Virus record (IMG/VR): IMGVR_UViG_3300028638_000027
Coordinates: 1-37,240 of that record
From: a virus
Lineage: Duplodnaviria > Caudoviricetes
Length of the DNA: 37,240 nucleotides
Reading direction: 5' to 3' (one strand)
In this document: positions 16,856-23,920 of the stretch, one piece after another
Numbering within the stretch: the first letter of the stretch is position 1
Layout of the letters: every line of letters begins with the position of its first letter
Notes under the pieces: model-generated
Databases searched by the model: none
The model's input: only the letters and a program-made list of their open reading frames with translations
What the model was told of the DNA's origin: nothing
Made by a program: the position numbers and the translations under genes

Positions 16856-18112
16856 ATGGCGATAACCTATGGATCAGAGGCCGTTATCCAGTCCGCGGCA
16901 ACCTCGGACATTAAGGTCGCCATGCTCGATAGCACTCATGCCATCATCGTTTATGTAGACGAAGCAAGCGGACTAAACTTCGTTCGGGCCGTGATCGCGA
17001 CCATCGACGGGATGAATATATCCTACGGATCCGAGTACACAGTCAACGGGGCGTGGTCGATGTCGGTGGGACTTGGGGTCCTTGACAGTACTCACGCGGT
17101 CATCACCTATTACGATTCAGGTAATAGCGGGTATGGTACGTCGAGGACTGCGACGGTTAGTGGATCCGCGATTTCGTTTGGTACTGAGGCAACCTTCAAT
17201 GCCAACATTTCATATATTAATCAGGTCGCGGTCCTCGATAGCACGCACTTTGCAGTGGCTTTCAATGATTATAACGCGGCACAATATGGGGCTGCAGTCG
17301 TGGGCGTCGTCAGCGGCGGATCTACAATCACCTATGGTACCAAGGTCACTTTCAATACTAGTGCCACCACTGAAATATCTGCCAGCGGGCTTGATAGCAC
17401 GCACTTTGTCGTGTCCTATCAGGAGGCAGGAAGTTGGAACGGACGCAGCATCATTGGGGTCGTTAGTAACGACGACGAGATTGCTTTTGGGTCCTACGCT
17501 TCTTTTAACGCCGGTGGTACATCGTCAACGTCTACTGTGGCGCTTACGAGCACCAGTTTCCTTGTGTCATACCGGGACGGGTCGAACACCTATGGCCGGA
17601 CGACGATTGGCGTGGTCAGCAGTGGATCGACGATCACCCTCGGCTTAGAGTACACCTTTAACGCGGCGAATACGGCTTATACTGCAGCGACGGTGCTCGA
17701 TAGTACTCACGCGATCATCGCTTATGAGGATTCCGGTGGGTCCTACTATGGCCGGGCCACCATCGCCACCATCAGTAATGATGATGAGATCGCCTTCGGA
17801 ACCGAGGACGAATTCAACGCGGCCACGACGACATGGGTTTCAATCGCAGCACTGACATCGTCAAAGGTTATCATCGCCTATCGGGATGAGGGTAATACAA
17901 ACTTTGGGACCGCGATCATTGGGGCAACTGCATCCACCACAGGGAAATCCCTGACGGGAATGGTCGATCTCACCGGCGCGGCTCATCGTACCATAGGAAA
18001 AATCATAATGCCTTTAATTAACGCCACCGCATCGGTCCTTTATGCCTTACCGCCGCCGGTCCTCGATGCTATTAGTAAAGTAGGGGCTTGCCTCTACCTA
18101 ACCTGGACCTAA
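16856..18112 (+). CDS. Seven-repeat (beta-propeller-like) putative adhesin with short C-terminal stalk and FN3 fragment
   Basis: Seven ~51-aa repeats I(S/T/A)(Y/F)G...FN...LDSTH..I.Y.D.G...G; ends LPPPVLDAISKVGACLYLTWT. Confidence 0.75.
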   Translation: MAITYGSEAVIQSAATSDIKVAMLDSTHAIIVYVDEASGLNFVRAVIATIDGMNISYGSEYTVNGAWSMSVGLGVLDSTHAVITYYDSGNSGYGTSRTATVSGSAISFGTEATFNANISYINQVAVLDSTHFAVAFNDYNAAQYGAAVVGVVSGGSTITYGTKVTFNTSATTEISASGLDSTHFVVSYQEAGSWNGRSIIGVVSNDDEIAFGSYASFNAGGTSSTSTVALTSTSFLVSYRDGSNTYGRTTIGVVSSGSTITLGLEYTFNAANTAYTAATVLDSTHAIIAYEDSGGSYYGRATIATISNDDEIAFGTEDEFNAATTTWVSIAALTSSKVIIAYRDEGNTNFGTAIIGATASTTGKSLTGMVDLTGAAHRTIGKIIMPLINATASVLYALPPPVLDAISKVGACLYLTWT

Positions 18113-18124
18113 GGGGGGGCAAAA

Positions 18125-20722
18125 ATGGCATATCCAGTAATCGCAACTTATGCGATTGGAGCGTTAAACTCGAATGGAACCACTTCGACCATTGTTGTCC
18201 CCACTGGCACGACCTCAGGCGATTTGATGATTTTGTTTTTTACTAAGGATGGCACGGGCGCCATTACCACACCCACAAACTGGACTCAACTAGCACATAA
18301 TGCTTCTGGTGGTCAGGCTCACGGAATCTATTACCGCCAGTTAACGGCTACACTCAACAATTTTTCGGTTTCACATGCCAGTGAACAAACGACATGGATC
18401 ATTGTAAGAATTCCCAGTGGAGCTATTCCCGTCATCAATACGGTGGCCACCGGATCAAGTACCACACCAAACCCGACCTCACTTACTTCTGGATTTGATA
18501 CCGGTACTGAAACACTATATCTCGCCTCGGCAGGCTGGGACTATAATCGAAGCTGCAGCGGATTCCCGTCCAATATGTCCTTGTATCGATATTCGTCGGT
18601 GGGAACTTCAACTGGTGGATGCGGTACGGCTATTGCCGGGGCTGAATCGTCAGCGGCGTCTTTTGATCCTTCCAGTTTTACGATAGGAGCGACGGACACA
18701 TGGGCAGCGTATACCGTTGCGGTCAAAACAATTGCTTCTGGAACCGAAACCCAAAAATCGTTATCCTCAATTATTACTACTAACGTAACCGCGAGACGGC
18801 GAACGGATAAACTTGGGGCGGCGTCCGTAACAGCCACGGCAACGACCCGTAGGGCTGTTATTCGCACGATAAGTACGGCTGTGGACGCGGCCGGAGTCGC
18901 GCTCAAAGTCACCGCCCGGACCTTTTCCGGATACACCAGCTTGGCCAGGTCTCTACTTAAAAACTTCAATGGTTTTGTAGTAGAGCGAAAAGACGGGGAA
19001 GGGGAGTGGATTACACTTTCGAGTATTGGAGCAGGGTCGCATAACTATACGGACTGCTACAACCTCGAAAACGGTGTGACATACTATTACCGGGTCAAGA
19101 GAGTCAGTCTCATCCTCGGGGACTCAGGTTGGTCAAATATACAGTCTTACAGCTACACCGCGACCGAACCCATCGATAAGAGCCTCACTACGGGGCTCAC
19201 GATCACTTTTAAGGCCCGCCGTCAGTCGAAGAAGGACCTGACCGAAATCGTCGATGTTACCACGACGACCCGCAGATCCACTGAAGTCGTCAGGTCGATT
19301 GGTGTTGAAGCTGCCGGAACATTTCGTCGATCCATTACCCAGACTCTGAGCACTGTGGCAGAAGTAGCCGGTAATCTCATCAGGCAGACGGAGAATCGGC
19401 TGACAGGGACCTTGGGACTCTTCGCGACGGTGAACAGGCTAGGCGCGTTCCTCAAGACCCTTGCGGCTGAGGTCATTGCGGGCGGATCCGTTCGCAGAGC
19501 GATACGTAAACGACTTTCTAAATCCGCATCGATTTCAGTGATCATCTACCGCACCCGTAAAGTTCTGAAAACCTTGAGAGCGACGGTCAGCGCGACTGGA
19601 GAACTTATCAAACGGATGGCTAAGCGGCTGACTAGACCAGTGAAACTTGCCGCAATCGCTAACCGTATGAAAGTCTCACTCAAAACGCTCACCGCTCAGA
19701 TCCGCGTGAACGGGTCCATCAGGAGAGCGATCACCCGAGCCATAAGCGCGGCCCTTTCTACTGACGGAGCCGCTTGGAAATCAATCACCCGATACTTCGT
19801 CGTCGGTGTGGAGCTTGTCTTGACGGCCACTTGCAAGACCGGAAAAGCCTTCACAGTAGCTGCAAATGTGCTAGCAAACAAAACACATTCATCCGTGATA
19901 ATGCGCATCATCACCTCGGGCATCCAAGCTTCGACCACAGTGCGACGAGCTATCTTCAAGGCGACTACAACAGGGGCCAATGCGAATGCTTACGCGAGAC
20001 GGTTAGTCAGGAAATGGATCGATGCTACTCTTGACACCATCGCCACAATCCGTAGAACTATTGCCCTTGAGATTCAGTCGGATATAGACGTTATCGTATC
20101 TACATTCAGACACACCGCTATTGACATCGTCTCGGCACTTTCAGCAGCGACAACAGGCTTTGATGTTCATAAATTGGTCTCCATGATTTACTATAAGACC
20201 ATTTCGGCGACAACCGCTGTTACAGGTGCTGCGCGACGTTTGACGGCTCGGGGCCTATCCACTGCGGTTTCAATCTCCGGGGCACTATTCAAAGCGATTG
20301 CGAGTTCCTCTAAAAGAATCCGGTGGCTTTTAATGTCTCAGATGGACAGAGATTACGTGAACACCCAGAGCGAGCGCACCAGAGAATTATCAGGCGCAGG
20401 GCGGGTCTTAGTATTATCACTTTCAGATCAGGAAGGAGGGCCGCTGACCATGGCTTACACAGGGGACACTATCAGGTTATACGGCCGCTTTTACAACTGG
20501 GCAGGTGCTCTCTCCGACGTCGCCGGTGAGTCCATCAAGATTTACGACGGCAAGGGGACACAAATCGCCACAGGAACGCCGATAAAAGAATCGACCGGCG
20601 TCTATTATTATGAATACACCATTCCAGCGACCTACTCAGATCCACTCGTTTATGAAATGAGCGGCACTCTTGAAGGTTCCACAATTCTTGCTAGATCCAC
20701 CATCGAGCGGAGGTGGGTATAG
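18125..20722 (+). CDS. Large multidomain fibre-like protein: beta-rich N-domain, partial FN3, basic 18-20-aa repeats, C-terminal Ig-like domain
   Basis: PTGTTSGDLMI..PTNWT N-domain; GFVVERK...YTD...YYYRVK...SGWSN; RRxxxKxL repeats; C-terminal GDTIRL...STGVYYYEY. Confidence 0.7.
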   Translation: MAYPVIATYAIGALNSNGTTSTIVVPTGTTSGDLMILFFTKDGTGAITTPTNWTQLAHNASGGQAHGIYYRQLTATLNNFSVSHASEQTTWIIVRIPSGAIPVINTVATGSSTTPNPTSLTSGFDTGTETLYLASAGWDYNRSCSGFPSNMSLYRYSSVGTSTGGCGTAIAGAESSAASFDPSSFTIGATDTWAAYTVAVKTIASGTETQKSLSSIITTNVTARRRTDKLGAASVTATATTRRAVIRTISTAVDAAGVALKVTARTFSGYTSLARSLLKNFNGFVVERKDGEGEWITLSSIGAGSHNYTDCYNLENGVTYYYRVKRVSLILGDSGWSNIQSYSYTATEPIDKSLTTGLTITFKARRQSKKDLTEIVDVTTTTRRSTEVVRSIGVEAAGTFRRSITQTLSTVAEVAGNLIRQTENRLTGTLGLFATVNRLGAFLKTLAAEVIAGGSVRRAIRKRLSKSASISVIIYRTRKVLKTLRATVSATGELIKRMAKRLTRPVKLAAIANRMKVSLKTLTAQIRVNGSIRRAITRAISAALSTDGAAWKSITRYFVVGVELVLTATCKTGKAFTVAANVLANKTHSSVIMRIITSGIQASTTVRRAIFKATTTGANANAYARRLVRKWIDATLDTIATIRRTIALEIQSDIDVIVSTFRHTAIDIVSALSAATTGFDVHKLVSMIYYKTISATTAVTGAARRLTARGLSTAVSISGALFKAIASSSKRIRWLLMSQMDRDYVNTQSERTRELSGAGRVLVLSLSDQEGGPLTMAYTGDTIRLYGRFYNWAGALSDVAGESIKIYDGKGTQIATGTPIKESTGVYYYEYTIPATYSDPLVYEMSGTLEGSTILARSTIERRWV

Positions 20723-21300
20723 TGGACGGACGACTAAAAGTTATAACCCCGGTCAGCGGTGAGCCGATCAGCGTCGATGATGTGAAAGACCATCTCAGGA
20801 TCGACACCGCTGACGAGGATGACTATATCGCTGATCTCATCTTTGCTGCCAGGGAATATGCGGAGAAATATACCCGCCTCAGTCTTGCTACCCAGACGCT
20901 TGAACTCATGATGGATGCTTTTCGGGGGGAGGATTATTTCGAACTGCCGGGATCACCGGTCCAATCCGTGACGAGTATCAAATACACGGATGCATCTGGC
21001 ATCGAAACGGTCATGACCTCTGGCATAGATTATCTCACTGATCTCGACAGGCTACCGGCGCGAATCGTCAGGCCCTATGGCAAGTCGTGGCCGGTCGTCA
21101 CGCTTCACCCTGTCGCCCCGATCAGAATCAGGTACATCACCGGATATGATGGATCAACACTCAAGATTCCCTACAATCTTAAGGCGGGTATTCTGATTCA
21201 CGTTGGTCTACTTTACCAATACCGCGACGTGGAGATTCCAAGTGGTGCGGTGAACACCATCAAACGCCTTTACGACATGCACCGCGCTGTTTGGTTTTAG
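20722..21300 (+). CDS. Head-tail connector (gp6-like, long form)
   Basis: EPISVDDVKDHLRID...EDDYIADLIFAAREYAEKYT...IPYNLKAGILIHVGLLYQYR; GTG 20722 after GGAGGTG. Confidence 0.88.
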   Translation: MDGRLKVITPVSGEPISVDDVKDHLRIDTADEDDYIADLIFAAREYAEKYTRLSLATQTLELMMDAFRGEDYFELPGSPVQSVTSIKYTDASGIETVMTSGIDYLTDLDRLPARIVRPYGKSWPVVTLHPVAPIRIRYITGYDGSTLKIPYNLKAGILIHVGLLYQYRDVEIPSGAVNTIKRLYDMHRAVWF

Positions 21301-21312
21301 GGAGGTGCTCAT

Positions 21313-21633
21313 TTGCTATATGCAGGAGACTTAAATCACCGGATCACGATTGAAAAAAATGAGCCCCTTACCAATACTGACGGTGCGCAGATCGAGAACT
21401 GGGTCGTAATCGAGTCCGTGTGGGCCGACTATCAGGCCAGTAGCGGGAAGGAATTCTTTGCAGCTCAGCGACTTAATACCGAAGTGAGTGTAGTCTTCCG
21501 GGTCAGATTCCGGTCTGGTCTTGATACCAAAATGAGAGTTAAATACAGGGGGCGAACCTTCGGGATTCTTTTCCTGAATGACTCAGGCAGGGACCGTGGT
21601 GAACTCGTCATCGCCTGTAGGGAGGTGGTCTAA
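21313..21633 (+). CDS. Head closure / head-tail adaptor (SPP1 gp16-like)
   Basis: AGDLNHRITI, VWA, GKEFFAA, FRVRF, KMRVKY. Confidence 0.9.
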   Translation: MLYAGDLNHRITIEKNEPLTNTDGAQIENWVVIESVWADYQASSGKEFFAAQRLNTEVSVVFRVRFRSGLDTKMRVKYRGRTFGILFLNDSGRDRGELVIACREVV

Positions 21634-22013
21634 TGACGATTGAAGAAGCGATCAGGTACAGACTGATTGAACAGATCACTTCCCTCAGCGGAAGGATCTA
21701 CCCGGTCACAACTCCTCAAGGTGGGGACCTTCCTGCGATTGCCTTTAAGCGCATCAGTACTCGCCGAGATCCTACACTTACGACTCAAGGGCAGTATTAC
21801 ACGACGTTTCAGTTTGACGTACTGGCCCCTGATTATACCGTCATGAGAGGAATCAGGGATGCCATTCGAGCTGCGTTTGAGGATGTCGTCGGGCAGTACG
21901 CAACCGGTGCACCGTATATTTTAGCGGCAGATGTTTTCAACGAAATGGATGGCTTTGACACCGGGAAAGAAATTGCGCTCGGGGTTATCGAAATCGAATA
22001 TCTTTATACTTAA
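21633..22013 (+). CDS. Tail terminator (DUF3168-like)
   Basis: GRIYPVTTPQGGDLPAIAFKRIS, FQFDV; precedes the major tail gene. Confidence 0.8.
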   Translation: MTIEEAIRYRLIEQITSLSGRIYPVTTPQGGDLPAIAFKRISTRRDPTLTTQGQYYTTFQFDVLAPDYTVMRGIRDAIRAAFEDVVGQYATGAPYILAADVFNEMDGFDTGKEIALGVIEIEYLYT

Positions 22014-22031
22014 AAAGGGGGACATACTCAA

Positions 22032-22742
22032 ATGACGACACTTGCCAAAGCCGGAAACGGCACAACGCTGATGATTGGAGCAACGACCGTGGGCGAAGTC
22101 AAAAAGATTTCACCACTTGGCTCTAAACGCGATGAGATTGACGTCACTACACTTTCTAGCGCTGCAAAGGAATTTATCCTCGGGATGGCGGATTATGGCG
22201 CCGTCACCGTCACCATCAACTGGTATCCGGGTGATGCCGGACAAACCGCAATCAGGACAGCCTTCGCAAATCAAACGACCGATACCTATACGATCACCTT
22301 TCCGACGAGCCTTGGGGCTACCTACACATTCAGCGCCCTCGTGCTTGAAAGCCCAGGTCCCGAGATTGGTAATGATGTCCTTCAGTCCGAGATCGTACTA
22401 AGATGTACCGGCGCGGCCAATCTCGGTCTGACGGCATCAGGGGGTATCACCGCGCTTGCCTCCGCGGTCGGAACAATTTCACCAACCTTTGCGACGGGTA
22501 CTCTCAATTATTCCTGCACGTGGACGACGACCACCGCAACAACCGTCACCGTCACGGCGGCGGCCCACACCATCGACCTTTATGTCGACGGCGTCATCTT
22601 CCAAAGAGGTGTGACGAGCGGTGCGGCTTCGAATTCAATCGGGACCTTCGGGACACAGTCCTCGAAAAAACTCGACATTATTGTTTATGAGGTCGGCAAA
22701 ACCCCGAAAGTATACACCATTATCCTCATGAGAACGACATAA
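22032..22742 (+). CDS. Major tail tube protein with C-terminal cadherin-like beta-sandwich
   Basis: IDVTTLSSAAKEFILGMADYG tube motif; ISPTFATGTLNY...KVYTIILMR C-domain. Confidence 0.85.
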   Translation: MTTLAKAGNGTTLMIGATTVGEVKKISPLGSKRDEIDVTTLSSAAKEFILGMADYGAVTVTINWYPGDAGQTAIRTAFANQTTDTYTITFPTSLGATYTFSALVLESPGPEIGNDVLQSEIVLRCTGAANLGLTASGGITALASAVGTISPTFATGTLNYSCTWTTTTATTVTVTAAAHTIDLYVDGVIFQRGVTSGAASNSIGTFGTQSSKKLDIIVYEVGKTPKVYTIILMRTT

Positions 22743-22758
22743 TCTAAGAAACTTAGAA

Positions 22759-22786
22759 GGGGTGGCCTCACGGCCGCCCTATTTTT
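22759..22786 (+). terminator. Intrinsic terminator after major tail gene
   Basis: GGGTGGCC-TCAC-GGCCGCCC-TATTTTT. Confidence 0.7.
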
Positions 22787-22805
22787 AATAATGGAGGGCT
22801 AAAAC

Positions 22806-23105
22806 ATGATAAGACCATCAACAGCGATACAACTCGATAAAATGAGAAATTTACGCTTCGGAATGCGCGCGATCGCACTCATCGAGGATACCCTTGGCGT
22901 CAAAATATCTAAGCTTGATCTGTCCGAGGTCGGCGTCAAGGACCTCGCAGTCTTTATATGGGCCGGCCTCGTCCATGAGGACGCAGGTCTTACGGTCGAG
23001 AAAGTCATGGACCTCATCGATGACAGTCTCGGCATTAAGGAAGTGACCGAGATCCTCGGGAAAGCCATCGAGGCGAGTTTTGGGACACCGGAAAAAAACG
23101 CTTAG
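22806..23105 (+). CDS. Tail assembly chaperone (gpG-like)
   Basis: IQLDKMRNLRFGMRAI...IWAGLVHED; ends at slippery GAA AAA AAC. Confidence 0.85.
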   Translation: MIRPSTAIQLDKMRNLRFGMRAIALIEDTLGVKISKLDLSEVGVKDLAVFIWAGLVHEDAGLTVEKVMDLIDDSLGIKEVTEILGKAIEASFGTPEKNA

Positions 23106-23446
23106 AGGGCGCGCCGGATGAGTCCGAGGACCTAGACTTTGGGGATCTCATCCGACACGCCGCGCGCGCTGGCCTTAAGCCTGCTGAGTTTTGGGCGATC
23201 ACCCCGGCGGAATTAGGGGCGTATATCAGGGGCGCTAATGACCTTGAAATTGCTGGTTATCGCCGTGGAATTTATGTCGCCTATTTGACCGCAAAACTGG
23301 GCCGCGTCGAGGACTTCCCGCATTTTGAGGATGTCATCGCACCACTTGAGGGCGTCACCAAAGGCGATGAGGCCCAGACGCCGGAAGAAATGTACGCCAT
23401 CATTAAAAGCTTTGACGCAACGCTTAAACGGCAAAGAGGTGAGTAG
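23093..23446 (+). CDS. Tail assembly chaperone gpT-like extension reached by -1 frameshift
   Basis: Not in ORF track. A AAA AAC at 23093-23099; -1 frame reads KRLEGAPDESEDLDFGDLIRHAARAGLKPAEFWAITPAEL...QTPEEMY...RGE to TAG at 23446. Confidence 0.85.
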   Translation, partial: KKRLEGAPDESEDLDFGDLIRHAARAGLKPAEFWAITPAELGAYIRGANDLEIAGYRRGIYVAYLTAKLGRVEDFPHFEDVIAPLEGVTKGDEAQTPEEMYAIIKSFDATLKRQRGE

Positions 23447-23447
23447 C

Positions 23448-23906
23448 ATGATTAAATTTGAAAAAATTGAAGGCATCAACGACATCCTCCGTGGATTTGA
23501 GGAGGTCGGAACAGCTGCCTTTAATGAGGTGGAGAAAACAACCATCTCACTCGGGGAGAGGGTTCTCAGTGCAGCTAAGGCAAGAGCCCCAGGGCCGACA
23601 GGACGCAGGACCGGCAAATGGGCGCATCCGCCAGGCAATCTCGCTGAAAAAATACGCATGAAAACACCAACTGAACAGCAAAAATCAAAAGCAAAAATAT
23701 TCACGACCGTGGGCTTCGGCGCGGGCGCGGCCTATGGCGTCCCCGTCGAACTCGGTCACAAACTCATCGTGCACAGTCAAAAGGCAGGTGTTGTAAAGCC
23801 CGCACCCGCACCACATGGCTTTCTGAGACCGGCTGCAGATATGTATAAAAAAGCGGCTGCGGATGAACTCGAAAAAGCGATCAACGATGCTATTGGCAAA
23901 TGGTAA
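23448..23906 (+). CDS. HK97 gp10-like tail-completion protein
   Basis: Start moved to ATG 23448 after GAGGTGA; IEGINDI, AAKARAP, GNL, YGVPVELGH, FLRPAAD. Confidence 0.85.
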   Translation: MIKFEKIEGINDILRGFEEVGTAAFNEVEKTTISLGERVLSAAKARAPGPTGRRTGKWAHPPGNLAEKIRMKTPTEQQKSKAKIFTTVGFGAGAAYGVPVELGHKLIVHSQKAGVVKPAPAPHGFLRPAADMYKKAAADELEKAINDAIGKW

Positions 23907-23920
23907 GGGAGGTGGAGTAA

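Noticed and set aside
16856-17940. DNA-level repeats such as CTCGATAGCAC(T/G)CA as a CRISPR array or DGR template/variable repeats
   Set aside because: They encode the LDSTH propeller repeats; no cas genes, no reverse transcriptase, no adenine-specific variation seen.
18092-18960. Near-direct repeat CTCTACCTAA / CTCTACTTAA close to both halves of the split FN3, as a recombination switch
   Set aside because: The copies are 859 bp apart (not a multiple of 3), so deletion would shift frame and hit a stop; probably chance.
23325-23447. N-terminal extension of the 193-aa ORF
   Set aside because: It overlaps the gpT-like frame; RBS and homology start at ATG 23448.
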